Counted from the stretch's first letter, positions 24,414-34,642 are shown. The stretch: 44,309 bases of DNA from Rariglobus sp. (GCA_044377395.1 JBILJE010000001.1:1-44309); one strand, 5' to 3'. The notes: generated from the sequence alone by a model not told the origin. Made by a program: numbers and translations.

Positions 24414-25139
24414 TCAAGCGCAGGCAATGCCACTGCGTCCGTGGGCAATGCGGCCGGATTCGAAGAAGTCGCCCGGTACGGATTCAGGGCCGAACTCCGG
24501 GGCGCATTCGGCCAGGAGTTTACGCAGGTTTTCGCGGGCGCGGGCGATGCGGCTTTTGACCGTGCCGACATTGATGCGCAGGGCCACCGCGATGTCCTCG
24601 TAGGGCAACTCGATGACGTTGCGCATGGTCAGTATCTCGCGGTGCGACGGCTCCAACTTGTCCATGCAAAGGGAAATCAGCTCCACGAATTCATGGGTTG
24701 CGGTTTCTTGGGCGGGGTTGGCACCGTCGGAGGCAATCATGTCGGCGAAGGTGATGTTGGAGTCCTCGGAAGGGGGCCGCTCCAGGGAGAGGGAGTCCTG
24801 CCGGCGGCGGCGGAAAAAATACCAGTAGCGGTTGCGCGATAAGTTGAGCGCGATGCGATAAAGCCAGGTCGCCAGCGAGGAATCGCCGCGGAAGTTGGCC
24901 AGGCCGCGATGCGCGCGGATGAACGCGTCCTGGACGATTTCCTCGGCATCAGCCGCGTTGCGCAGCAGGTTATGGGCGAGGCTGAACAGGCGCGCGTGGT
25001 AGCGCTGCATGATCTCGATAAAGGCGGTCTCGTCGCCGGCATTGAAGCGCTGGACAAGAAGTGAGTCGTAGGCGGCCTCGGTTTTGGCCTCGGGTTTGGC
25101 GAGGGTTACCGTGCGGCCTGAGCGTGCGTGCTGAATCAT
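24414..25139 (-). CDS. ECF-type sigma-70 family RNA polymerase sigma factor
   Basis: DAEEIVQDAFIRAHRGL..FRGDSSLATWLYRIALN (region 2) and PYEDIAVALRINVGTVKSRIARARENL (region 4). Confidence 0.92.
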   Translation of the reverse strand: MIQHARSGRTVTLAKPEAKTEAAYDSLLVQRFNAGDETAFIEIMQRYHARLFSLAHNLLRNAADAEEIVQDAFIRAHRGLANFRGDSSLATWLYRIALNLSRNRYWYFFRRRRQDSLSLERPPSEDSNITFADMIASDGANPAQETATHEFVELISLCMDKLEPSHREILTMRNVIELPYEDIAVALRINVGTVKSRIARARENLRKLLAECAPEFGPESVPGDFFESGRIAHGRSGIACA

Positions 25140-25204
25140 GATTGGGCTCCGGTGAATGGATTGGGTGGCGCGGGTGTTATCAGACGAATCCCAGACTACC
25201 TTGG

Positions 25205-25228
25205 TACGTCCGGAGCGAGTATGGGTTC
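25205..25228 (-). promoter_or_regulatory. Candidate ECF-type autoregulatory promoter
   Basis: Minus strand GAAC-N16-CGTA, about 65 bp upstream of the sigma ATG, fits the general AAC...CGT ECF pattern. Confidence 0.35.
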
Positions 25229-25463
25229 GTTAACCCAAATGTGGGCCGAAGAGGGAACCTTTCACCCCATAGGGTGGGTCTAAGGCCGGGTTTTGTGCCC
25301 ATTCTCGCCCCGCCGCCTCCGTATGTGGACCCTAGGCACGTTGCCCCGCCCGGCACCGAGCGGGGCGGGGCTGGGAGCGGCCTCTGTTGGAAAAATCCCT
25401 ATCCGCGGTTTTTTTTAAAAACCCCTTGGCAGGCGCGACCCGACACCTTTTCGTCCTTCTTTA

Positions 25464-26636
<1,173 letters not shown>

Positions 26637-26646
26637 GCGCCTGATC

Positions 26647-26676
26647 AAAGCCGCCCCACCGCCGGGCGGCTTTTTT
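26647..26676 (+). terminator. Intrinsic terminator of carA
   Basis: AAAGCCGCCC-caccgcc-GGGCGGCTTTTTT. Confidence 0.85.
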
Positions 26677-26714
26677 GTGCGACCTGCCCCGCGCCGAGCC
26701 GATAGCTCCGAAAA

Positions 26715-26770
26715 GTAGCGCAGACTTCCAGTCTGCCAGGGGGCCAATGCAGACTGGAAGTCTGCGCTAC
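26715..26770. repeat. GTAG-type REP inverted doublet (family A)
   Basis: GTAGCGCAGACTTCCAGTCTGC...GCAGACTGGAAGTCTGCGCTAC, perfect 22-bp inverted pair. Confidence 0.85.
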
Positions 26771-26787
26771 GCAGCGATTTCGCTCAC

Positions 26788-27372
26788 ATGAAAAAACTCC
26801 TGGTATTCTCCCTTCTGGCGTTCGCCGCCTGGTTTTACTGGCACGAACCGGAGGCGAAGTGGCGCGGTATGCCTGCGGCGCACGACCCGGTCCAATCCGA
26901 TGTCGCGCTGCCGCGGCCCTTTAACCACGGCGACAACACGATCACGCCGTTGGCCTATTATTCGATCAAGGCCGTGGTGCTTTCCCGCCAGCGTTACCGC
27001 TACGATGCCGCCGCGGAGGTTTCACCGCTGGACCTCGCGCTCGGCTGGGGCCCCATGTCCACCGCCGCCGTGATCAACGCTCTGAGCATCTCCCAATCGG
27101 GCCGCTGGTATGAGTATTCCTGGTCCGGCGATGAACCCCTGCATCCCGATCAGATCGCCTGCCACTCCGCCAACACCCACTGTCTGCCCGCCACGCCAGA
27201 AATCCGCCGGCAACTCCTCGCCATTAAACGCCACGACGTGGTGACCCTCGACGGTTATCTGGTCGAGGTCACCAAGTCGGGAGGCGGCGACCCCTGGCGT
27301 TCGTCGCTCAGCCGGACCGACACCCGCGGCGGCGCCTGCGAAATCATGTGGATCACGGCGATTAAGCGGTGA
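26788..27372 (+). CDS. Hypothetical exported or membrane-anchored protein
   Basis: N-terminal hydrophobic anchor, host-like codon usage, motif-like segments (SPLDLALGWG, SANTH, W.SS.SR.D...GACE); function not recognised. Confidence 0.75.
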   Translation: MKKLLVFSLLAFAAWFYWHEPEAKWRGMPAAHDPVQSDVALPRPFNHGDNTITPLAYYSIKAVVLSRQRYRYDAAAEVSPLDLALGWGPMSTAAVINALSISQSGRWYEYSWSGDEPLHPDQIACHSANTHCLPATPEIRRQLLAIKRHDVVTLDGYLVEVTKSGGGDPWRSSLSRTDTRGGACEIMWITAIKR

Positions 27373-27393
27373 GGGCGTGGACCTCCTGCCGGA

Positions 27394-27450
27394 ATCGTTC
27401 TCCTACTCCTACTCCTACTCCTACTCCTACTCGTTTTCTCGTTCTCTCGT
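27394..27450. repeat. Hexamer (TACTCC/TTCTCG-type) tandem array, family D
   Basis: ATCGTTCTCC(TACTCC)4TACTCGTTTTCTCGTTCTCTCGT. Confidence 0.8.
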
Positions 27451-27676
27451 CCGGCGTATTTCCGGCCTACGGCACGGACGAAACGGAGGTCGTCCCTCCG
27501 CGGGGCAACGTATTCCGAGGGAAGGCCTACCTCCGTGTGGGCTGGTTCGTCCCCGAGCGAAATCGGGCTTGTCTACCTATTCCGGTTCCGAAATCCGGGC
27601 AACTCAGACGAGTTCACATGCAGGATGGGCTTAATGAAATCGGTTCGTGGAGTTGCGGATACCTTGGGATAAACAC

Positions 27677-27746
27677 CCTTGAGCTCACGCTCAAGGCCAC
27701 ACGCTTTACGTCTACACTCCTCGTGGCCTTGAGCGTGAGCTCAAGG
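27677..27746. repeat. GTGG-type REP inverted doublet (family B)
   Basis: Perfect 24-bp inverted pair at 27677-27700 and 27723-27746. Confidence 0.85.
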
Positions 27747-27782
27747 ATGCGGCGAGAGACTCAACTTGAACGCTCAGCCCGC

Positions 27783-28529
27783 TCAGCCCAGCCACTGCGC
27801 AAACTTGACCGCATCCTCGGGCGTATCCACGCCGATGGTCGGGTCGTTGGTCACCCCGCAGCGGATCTCGAAGCCGTTTTCCAAAACACGCAGTTGCTCC
27901 AGTTTTTCCAGCTGTTCGTAGCGCCCCAGCGGCAGGCGGGCGAAGCGTTCGATGAGGTCGGCTTTGTACGCGTAAAGCCCGAGGTGTTTGAAGCACGGGT
28001 TGGCCTGTACCCAGGCGTCGTCGACCACGCCTGCGCGGTCGCGCCCATAGGGAATCGCTGCACGCGAAAAATACAGCGCCCGCCCGTCGCCCGGTGCGAA
28101 CACCACTTTGACCTGATTGGGGTTGTTGAAATCCGCCGCCGTGGTGAACGGCGTGCCCAAGGTGGCCATCGCCGCCGTGCCGCTGATCAGCTCGGCCAGG
28201 GTCAAAATCTGCGCGCGGGTCACCAGCGGTTCGTCGGCCTGCACGTTGATTACCTGGTCGGCCCGCACGGTGCGGTTGGCCTCGGCGATGCGGTCGGTGC
28301 CGCTCTGGTGTTGCACCCCGGTGAGGATCGCGGTGAACCCGGCCGCACGCAGCGGAGCCGCCAATAACTCGTCATCCACGGCGAAAAAAAGAGGGAATTC
28401 CGGTGCCTGTTGGCGGATGCGCTCGGCCACCCACAGCAGCAACGGACGCCCCTTGATGAGGTGTAACAGTTTGCGGGGGAAGCGCGTGGATTCGAGCCGG
28501 CAGGGGACGATAATCGCGGTCTGGGACAT
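27783..28529 (-). CDS. kdsB: 3-deoxy-manno-octulosonate cytidylyltransferase (CMP-Kdo synthetase)
   Basis: MSQTAIIVPCRLESTRFPRK, HQSGTDRIAE, NVQADEP, ALYFSR, KHLGLYAY, EKLEQLRVLENG, GVDTPED. Start placed at ATG 28529 (248 aa). Confidence 0.95.
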   Translation of the reverse strand: MSQTAIIVPCRLESTRFPRKLLHLIKGRPLLLWVAERIRQQAPEFPLFFAVDDELLAAPLRAAGFTAILTGVQHQSGTDRIAEANRTVRADQVINVQADEPLVTRAQILTLAELISGTAAMATLGTPFTTAADFNNPNQVKVVFAPGDGRALYFSRAAIPYGRDRAGVVDDAWVQANPCFKHLGLYAYKADLIERFARLPLGRYEQLEKLEQLRVLENGFEIRCGVTNDPTIGVDTPEDAVKFAQWLG

Positions 28530-28607
28530 GGTGGGGCAAACGCTGGGGTTCCGGTTTTGGGGTTGCAAGCCGTCCCCTCTCGCCGGACTCTGCTCAAGCA
28601 AATGGCA

Positions 28608-28904
28608 ATGGATAAAACTACTACGACTACCCCCAGCCCGAATGTGAAGGAACTGGTTGTTCAGAACAAAATGGGCATTCACGCACGCCCGGCGGCCATG
28701 ATCGTGCGTATCACCAATAAATTTAAAGCCGACGTTTTCGTCGAAAAGGACGAGGAGCAGGTTAATGGTAAGTCCATCATGGGCTTGATGATGCTCGCTG
28801 CCGGTAAAGGCTCGAAGGTCAAGTTCCTCGCCACCGGCGATGACGCCCCGCAGATGCTCACCGAGCTCGAACAGCTCTTCACCCGCAAGTTCGACGAGGC
28901 CTGA
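28608..28904 (+). CDS. ptsH: Phosphocarrier protein HPr
   Basis: GIHARPA (His15 motif) and VNGKSIMGLMML (Ser46 motif); start at 28602 or 28608. Confidence 0.93.
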   Translation: MDKTTTTTPSPNVKELVVQNKMGIHARPAAMIVRITNKFKADVFVEKDEEQVNGKSIMGLMMLAAGKGSKVKFLATGDDAPQMLTELEQLFTRKFDEA

Positions 28905-28946
28905 CTCCCAACTGAGCGGGTTGACCCCAAAAGCCCGAATTGAAGC

Positions 28947-28974
28947 AGGCGGCCCCACGCGGGCCGCCTTTTTT
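28947..28974 (+). terminator. Intrinsic terminator of ptsH
   Basis: AGGCGGCCC-cacgc-GGGCCGCCTTTTTT. Confidence 0.85.
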
Positions 28975-29054
28975 GTGGCCGTAAAAGGGGGCGGGAGCCT
29001 CGAAGTCAGAGGCAGCGCCGGCGTCCTCGTCGGCATCCGGAAACGGAGTCGGAT

Positions 29055-29239
29055 TCGAGAACGAGAACGAGTAAGAGTAGGAGAATGAGAACGATGGCGG
29101 AGGGACGACCTCCGCGTTGTCCGTGTTCGGCAAAGTAGCGCAGACTTCCAGTCTGCTCCGGCAAGCGTCCGAGGCAGACAGGGAAGTCTGCGCTACTTTT
29201 TCGACCGGCCCGATCCAGACCACCCGGAGGCTGCCCCCC
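29055..29239. repeat. Composite repeat: family D hexamer array (29055-29095), then a family C doublet (29099-29239) containing a family A doublet (29135-29196)
   Basis: Direct comparison with 24267-24326, 18390-18495 and 34590-34630. Confidence 0.75.
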
Positions 29240-29248
29240 GCTTTGCAC

Positions 29249-29281
29249 AAAAAAACGGCGCCCGGGGCGGGCGCCGTTTTT
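29249..29281 (-). terminator. Intrinsic (bidirectional) terminator of mdh
   Basis: AAAAAAACGGCGCCCG-ggg-CGGGCGCCGTTTTT. Confidence 0.85.
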
Positions 29282-29307
29282 ACGAGGGATGCTCGGGATG
29301 GGGGCGA

Positions 29308-30297
29308 TTAGCCCTTGATCATGTCGATGACGGCGGCGCGCTCGTCGACCAGCTCTTTGTTGGTGAGGGCGATCTTCGACTTTGCGAATTCGCACATTTC
29401 ATAACCGGTGATGACCTCGTAGCTGCCGGGCGTGGTGGTGCGCACGGGCATACCGGCCCAGACCTCGGGATCGAAGCCGTAGCGGCCTTCGGACTTCACT
29501 GCGAGGGAATGGATCGCGCCGGGGGTCACCAGGCTGTGCACGTGGTCGACCAAGGCGTTGGCGGCGGAGGCGGCCGAGGAGAGGCCGCGGGCGGCGATGA
29601 TCGCGGCGCCGCGTTTGCCGACGGTCTCAAGGAACGGGCCGGTGAGCCATTCCTTGTTGTTGATCACGTCGATGGCCGGCTTGCCGCCGATGGTGGCGTG
29701 GGCGAAGGCGGGGAACATGGTCGGGCTGTGGTTGCCGTAAATGAAGATGTCTTTGACGGCGGTGAGGGCGACGCCGGCCTTCTTGGCCAACTGGGCCTGG
29801 GCGCGGTTTTGGTCGAGGCGCACCATGGCGGTGAAGCGATCGGCGGTGAGGCGCTTGGCCTGCGAGGCGGCGATCATGCAGTTCGTGTTGGCGGGGTTGC
29901 CGACCACGGCGACGCGGGCGTCGGCTGCGGCGACCTCGTCGATGATCTTACCCTGGCCGATGAAAATCTTGCCGTTGTCCTTGAGCAGGTCGGCGCGCTC
30001 CATGCCGGGGCCGCGGGGCTTGGCGCCGACCAGCAGCGACCAGTTGGCGTCTTTAAAGCCAACGCGCGGGTCGTCGGTGAGGACCATGCTTTGCAGCAGG
30101 GGGAAGGCGCAGTCGTCGAGTTCCATGGCGACGCCCTCAAGCGCCTTCATGGCCTTTTCAAAAGGCACCTCGATGAGTTGCAGGATGACCGGTTGGTCAG
30201 GGCCGAACATCGCGCCTGAGGCGATGCGGAACAATAGCGAGTAGGAGATCTGACCGGCTGCTCCGGTCACGGCGACGCGAATGGGTTGTTTGCTCAT
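29308..30297 (-). CDS. mdh: Malate dehydrogenase (MDH type 2)
   Basis: [69 protein letters not shown]; ATG at 30297. Confidence 0.96.
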   Translation of the reverse strand: MSKQPIRVAVTGAAGQISYSLLFRIASGAMFGPDQPVILQLIEVPFEKAMKALEGVAMELDDCAFPLLQSMVLTDDPRVGFKDANWSLLVGAKPRGPGMERADLLKDNGKIFIGQGKIIDEVAAADARVAVVGNPANTNCMIAASQAKRLTADRFTAMVRLDQNRAQAQLAKKAGVALTAVKDIFIYGNHSPTMFPAFAHATIGGKPAIDVINNKEWLTGPFLETVGKRGAAIIAARGLSSAASAANALVDHVHSLVTPGAIHSLAVKSEGRYGFDPEVWAGMPVRTTTPGSYEVITGYEMCEFAKSKIALTNKELVDERAAVIDMIKG

Positions 30298-30531
30298 GCA
30301 GGAAAAACCTAGGGCGGAAACAGGGGGTGTGACACGCACCAAATTCCATTTTTAATGCGCAGTTTTTATCCGCAAAATGTGACTGCTCCACGATTTGCTT
30401 GGGCTTCGTCCCGGAAACTTTACTGTGTTGGCAGCCCTTTTCTCGCGTGTGTTTTAACGCCGCTGCAATCCCTCAAAGGATAGTAAACTCAGCTCGACAC
30501 GCTGCTGGGGCGAAGCCTCTATTCTGCGCTC

Positions 30532-32016
30532 ATGACCCATGAGATTCCGGCCCCTCGATTGAGCAAAAAAATCTACGAAGAGCGGGTCCCGGCTTTACGG
30601 GAGAAACTCGTTCAGTTGCAGGTTCGCCTGAAGGCGGCGCCAACCAAGGTTCTGCTCATATTTGCCGGTGAAGAAGGCGGCGGTCGCGGCGAGGTGATCA
30701 ACACCCTGAGCGCCTGGCTCGACCCGCGCGGGGTGGAGACCGTGGCCTTCCGTGAGCCCTCCGACGAGGAGCGCGAGCGCCCCGTGATGTGGCGGTTTTG
30801 GCGCTGTCTGCCGTCATATGGCCGCTTGGGTGTTTTTGCCGGCTCATGGTACACCGAGCTTTTGCGCGCCCAAGCTGGCGACGCACCCAAGATTGGGCAT
30901 GTCGAGCGCCACCTCGGCCACATTCGGGCGTTTGAGAAACTCCTCTCCGATAACGGCACGCTCATCATTAAAATCTGGCTGCAACTGTCCGAGTCCGACC
31001 AGCGCCGCCGCCTCGACGAACTCGCCGACAATCCCGATACGGCTTGGCGTGTGACCGATGAGGCCCGGCGGCATCATCGCAATCATGCCCGCCTCGCTCA
31101 GTCCGCTGAGCGTTTGCGAGAGGAAACCCATTGCCCCGGAGCCCCGTGGGTGGTCATTGATGCGGCCGATTCGCGTAAGCGGAACCTCGAGGTTGCCACC
31201 CTTTTGGTGAGTCAATTGGAGGCGCATTTACAGCGCTTTGATGCTCCACGAGTCCGCGTGCCGGCCCCCAGTGTGCCTGTTTCGCTGCGGCCTGACGGAC
31301 TGGCGGGTTTGCTCGCCCTGCCGCTGGACCAGAAGTTGTCATCGGAAGACTACGAAGCGAAGCGCGAGAAGTGGCTGGGCCGCCTCAACCGCGCCACTCG
31401 CGCCGCCCAGAAGGCGCAGCGCTCCATCGTTTTTGTATTCGAAGGTTGGGATGCCGCGGGCAAAGGCGGGGCGATTCGGCGTCTCACCAGCGCGATTGAT
31501 GCCCAGGATTATCGGGTGATTCCCGTGGCCAAGCCCACAGACGAGGAAAACTCCCATCACTACCTGTGGCGTTTCTGGCGCCACCTTCCGCGCGCCGGCC
31601 TCACCTCGATCTACGACCGCTCCTGGTACGGACGGGTGCTCGTCGAGCGCCTTGAGGGCTTTTGCACCGAGGCCGAATGGCGCCGGGCCTACGACGAGAT
31701 CAACGACTTTGAGGGCCAATTGACCGAGCACGGCACCATTGTGATCAAGTTCTGGATGCACGTGAGCCAAGACGAGCAGTTGCGGCGCTTTCGTGAGCGC
31801 GAGCAGACGGCCTACAAGCAGCATAAAATTAACGACGAGGACTGGCGGAACCGCAATAAGTGGGCCGCCTACGAGATCGCCGTGGGCGATATGCTGGCGC
31901 TTACCGCAACGGCTGATGCGCCTTGGCACCTCATTCCCGCGAATGATAAGCGGCACGCGCGGCTCCAGATTCTGCGCACGTCGGTAAAGGCCATCGAAGC
32001 CGCCCTCGGTCTTTAA
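30532..32016 (+). CDS. pap: Two-domain polyphosphate kinase 2 (polyphosphate:AMP phosphotransferase-like)
   Basis: C-domain FEGWDAAGKGGAIRR, HYLWRFW, YDRSWYGRVLVER; N-domain with degenerate Walker A (FAGEEGGGRG). Confidence 0.9.
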   Translation: MTHEIPAPRLSKKIYEERVPALREKLVQLQVRLKAAPTKVLLIFAGEEGGGRGEVINTLSAWLDPRGVETVAFREPSDEERERPVMWRFWRCLPSYGRLGVFAGSWYTELLRAQAGDAPKIGHVERHLGHIRAFEKLLSDNGTLIIKIWLQLSESDQRRRLDELADNPDTAWRVTDEARRHHRNHARLAQSAERLREETHCPGAPWVVIDAADSRKRNLEVATLLVSQLEAHLQRFDAPRVRVPAPSVPVSLRPDGLAGLLALPLDQKLSSEDYEAKREKWLGRLNRATRAAQKAQRSIVFVFEGWDAAGKGGAIRRLTSAIDAQDYRVIPVAKPTDEENSHHYLWRFWRHLPRAGLTSIYDRSWYGRVLVERLEGFCTEAEWRRAYDEINDFEGQLTEHGTIVIKFWMHVSQDEQLRRFREREQTAYKQHKINDEDWRNRNKWAAYEIAVGDMLALTATADAPWHLIPANDKRHARLQILRTSVKAIEAALGL

Positions 32017-32098
32017 GGCCGGAGGCGGGTGCGCCCGTCCGTCTTTGGAGCGCAGAAAGGAGTTTTCAAGCGCCCCGCACTCGGGTCCAGTAACGCCC

Positions 32099-32560
32099 AT
32101 GTTGTCCAAACCCATTCCCGGTTCGACCGGAGAGGTGCTCACCTGCCTGCCTTCGCCCTACCAGCCACACCCGGCTACCGGCCTGCTCTACCTGCCTCGA
32201 TTCCTGGCCAAGTGCGCCTACGTCAAAGCCCACGGCGCGCTCCCGGCCAGCTACGCCAAGAACTACAAGCGCGGCCTCGACCGCTTCCTGTGCATGCATC
32301 TGGGCGTTGAGCCGGCTGCCGTTGAGAAAATCGTCCATACGGCAACAACTGCCGTGGAGATTGAGGCCGGTCTCCTTGCGCTCTTCCCAGCCGATGTGCG
32401 TGCGATTAAATGGAATCGTGAACTCGTTCAAAAGGGGCTCACCCCGGCCGGGCGTGAGTTCTTAAAAGAGGCCCTCACCGCCATGGGCTGCGCCGACCGC
32501 GCCGAGCAGATCATCAGTGTTCCGGACCTGATCGACTTCGACGAAGGCCGCATCGAGTAG
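32099..32560 (+). CDS. DUF5069-like protein
   Basis: LPSPY...GLLYLPRFLAK...LP..Y..N...GLDRFLC..LG...DLIDFDEGR pattern, recognised from memory; ATG at 32099. Confidence 0.65.
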   Translation: MLSKPIPGSTGEVLTCLPSPYQPHPATGLLYLPRFLAKCAYVKAHGALPASYAKNYKRGLDRFLCMHLGVEPAAVEKIVHTATTAVEIEAGLLALFPADVRAIKWNRELVQKGLTPAGREFLKEALTAMGCADRAEQIISVPDLIDFDEGRIE

Positions 32561-32619
32561 GGTTCATTCGCAACCACCGGTTGCGTCCGCGCAAAGCTTC
32601 CCCGTAGTTTCCCTTCATC

Positions 32620-32958
32620 ATGATCAAAGGACAGAAAGTCGTCTGCACCAACGATAGCTTCGTCGCGGTGGTCCGCGCCATCTACAAGCAGCTCCCGGTA
32701 AAGGGTTCGACCTACACCATTCGGGAGGTGTTTCTCGGCCGTGAAAAGGTGGTTAAGGGCGGCGATAGCGCCACCGTGGGTTTACTGCTCACGGAGTTGG
32801 TCAATCCCACGGATCCGTTTCACGCGGGTAAACAAGAACTGGGCTTTTCCTCCGAGCGTTTTGCCCCGTTGGAGCAGGTTCCCGAGGCGCATGCCGAGGA
32901 GTTGGAGGCGGTCGGTGCAGGCAATGACAAGGGTGGGGGCGGGTACTGGATGGATTGA
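32620..32958 (+). CDS. Hypothetical protein
   Basis: Clean 112-aa ORF co-oriented with its upstream neighbours and with protein-like composition (GQKVVC.ND.F...FSSERF.PL). Confidence 0.7.
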   Translation: MIKGQKVVCTNDSFVAVVRAIYKQLPVKGSTYTIREVFLGREKVVKGGDSATVGLLLTELVNPTDPFHAGKQELGFSSERFAPLEQVPEAHAEELEAVGAGNDKGGGGYWMD

Positions 32959-32995
32959 GCCGTTGCGCGGCATCGATCGCCGCTTGAGGGGCGGA

Positions 32996-33088
32996 GTAGC
33001 GCAGGCTTCCATCCTGCCGCTGGAGGGTGACCCGCGCTCTCTTCCAGCCTACGTTTTCGCTCTGAAGCAGACTGGAAGTCTGCGCTAC
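32996..33088. repeat. GTAG-type REP inverted doublet (family A)
   Basis: GTAGCGCAGGCTTCCATCCTGC...GCAGACTGGAAGTCTGCGCTAC between convergent genes. Confidence 0.8.
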
Positions 33089-33141
33089 TTTTCGGAGGTA
33101 ATGCGGCCGATTCGGACTTCAATAACGATAGCCGCAGGCAC

Positions 33142-33173
33142 AAAAAAGCCGCCCGAAAATCGGGCGGCTTTTT
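33142..33173 (-). terminator. Bidirectional intrinsic terminator after the small basic protein gene
   Basis: AAAAAAGCCGCCCGA-aaa-TCGGGCGGCTTTTT. Confidence 0.88.
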
Positions 33174-33200
33174 CCTTAAAAAGGTAGCGAGACGGGCTCG

Positions 33201-33386
33201 TTACTTCTTCTTGGCGACGACGGCCTTCTTGGCAGCGACGACGGGCTTCTTGGCGACGACAGCCTTCTTAGCGGCGACGACGGGCTTCTTGGCAGCGACG
33301 GCCTTCTTGGCGACGACAGCCTTCTTGGCAGCGACGGGCTTCTTGGCAGCGACAACTTTCTTAACGGTCTTGGTGGCTTTGGCCAT
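33201..33386 (-). CDS. Small Lys/Ala/Val-rich histone H1-like (Hc2-type) DNA-binding protein
   Basis: 61 aa made of (P/A)V(V)(A)AKK repeats, 21 Lys, no acidic residues; synonymous variation at third positions, AGGA before the ATG, own terminator. Confidence 0.8.
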   Translation of the reverse strand: MAKATKTVKKVVAAKKPVAAKKAVVAKKAVAAKKPVVAAKKAVVAKKPVVAAKKAVVAKKK

Positions 33387-33722
33387 GGGATGTTCCTGTA
33401 TGGATTTTAGGTTCTGGTAGGACGCCCGAAAGTGGGTTCGGGCGTTTGGCGCATTATGCGCCGCGCGTGGCGAGCATCAGTGAGTCTTTTATAAATGCAA
33501 GTGCCCAGTGAGTGAAAAGGTGTGTTTTTACGCAAAAACGGCGGTCGTTTTTGGCCTGCATCCTTTTTTTCGATACGGCGTTTTTGGGCCCGGTTGATGG
33601 CCTTCAGTGGCGGCGGTTGTGGCCGGTTTCGTCCCCTTGAAAACGGTCGGATCCGTGTCGGCTTGAAAAAGGGGTTCTCCTCTTAAAACGGGGCGCTTGA
33701 GGCCTTCGCTGCCTGCCGGCGA

Positions 33723-34448
33723 TCAGCGGTATTCGAGCCAGCCCGTTTCCGAGTATTGTTCGACTATGCCGTCCATTTCTCCCTCGGCAAATTCAGGCCA
33801 GGGGCTGGTTAGCGCTTCGGCCCCGAGAGTTTCTCCGAGGCGTGTCGTGAAGGCCTCGGCGAAGGCCTCCCAGTCCACTTCGCCCAGTGCCGACTTGGCG
33901 ATGCTGCCCTGAAACAAGAGCCCGTGCTTGGTTCGTTTCTGCGCCGCCCCGGCGACTTTGGCACCGGTCTCGGCGTGGAGAACGTCGTAGAGTTCAGGGC
34001 GGACGAAGCAGACGGTGGGAGCGCTGGTGGGTTCACCAGAGCAGGCCGCGTCACAGCGTTCCTTGAGCACCACGGGCTGACCTTGGGACTGGAGGGCGGT
34101 CACTAAATCGGCGTGGACCCGGTGGTAGCTCTCAGTGGCGCGGGCATCGTAGAGCGGTTGGCCGCGCGGGATGACCAAGGCGAAGGTCCAGTCATCGCGG
34201 TGATCCACGATGCCACCACCGGTGGGGCGACGGGTGATGTCCAAGTGATCGTCGGGGGCGAGGGCCTTGAGTTGCTCGCGCACATAGGCGATTTTTTGGC
34301 CGAAGCCGAAGGTGACGGCGGGCATGCGCCAGCTGTAATGGCGAAACCGGGCGCATTCCGGGGCGGGGTAGCGGTTCAGCAGTAGGAAATCGGTCGCCAT
34401 GTTTTCAGCGGCGCCGGCGGTCCGTTCAGGAAGGATGTGGAGCTGCAT
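33723..34448 (-). CDS. Lipoate-protein ligase A / octanoyltransferase (LplA/LipM) family protein
   Basis: NMATD, ITRRPTGGGIVDH, CF....YDV, KVAGAAQKR, LFQGSI. Confidence 0.85.
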   Translation of the reverse strand: MQLHILPERTAGAAENMATDFLLLNRYPAPECARFRHYSWRMPAVTFGFGQKIAYVREQLKALAPDDHLDITRRPTGGGIVDHRDDWTFALVIPRGQPLYDARATESYHRVHADLVTALQSQGQPVVLKERCDAACSGEPTSAPTVCFVRPELYDVLHAETGAKVAGAAQKRTKHGLLFQGSIAKSALGEVDWEAFAEAFTTRLGETLGAEALTSPWPEFAEGEMDGIVEQYSETGWLEYR

Positions 34449-34472
34449 GGTTTTTGGGTGAATCGGGCGCGG

Positions 34473-34630
34473 ACTCGTTCTCGTACTCTTACTCGTTCTC
34501 GTACTCTTACTCGTTCTCCTGCTCCTAAGCGTGCTAGGATCTGGCGGATGGAGCCGTGGCTGGCTGGAGCTCGGCGTTGGGATGAGGAATCGAGAACGAG
34601 TAGGAGTAGGAGAACGAGAACGATGGCGGA
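34473..34630. repeat. Inverted pair of family D hexamer arrays
   Basis: CT-rich array 34473-34526 (ACTCGTTCTCGTACTCTT...) facing GA-rich array 34590-34624 (TCGAGAACGAGTAGGAGTAGGAGAACGAGAACGAT). Confidence 0.8.
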
Positions 34631-34642
34631 AAGGGTGGGCAA

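Noticed and set aside
27369-27780. ORFs with SYSYSY, TPTPTP or LELTLKAT peptides (also around 29006-29395, 34376-34907, 36794-37102, 41897-42211)
   Set aside because: Translations of intergenic repeat families B, C and D rather than genes.
28530-29036. 169-aa N-terminal extension of KdsB in the ORF track (417 aa)
   Set aside because: It is the antisense of ptsH and its terminator. KdsB homology begins at Met 28529.
27394-29239. Composite transposon carrying kdsB-ptsH bounded by repeat clusters
   Set aside because: The flanking clusters are not mirror images, there is no transposase or target duplication, and the cargo is core housekeeping.
30532-31250. Degenerate Walker A in the N-terminal PPK2 domain as a novelty
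   Set aside because: A degenerate N-terminal domain is already known for two-domain PPK2/PAP enzymes.
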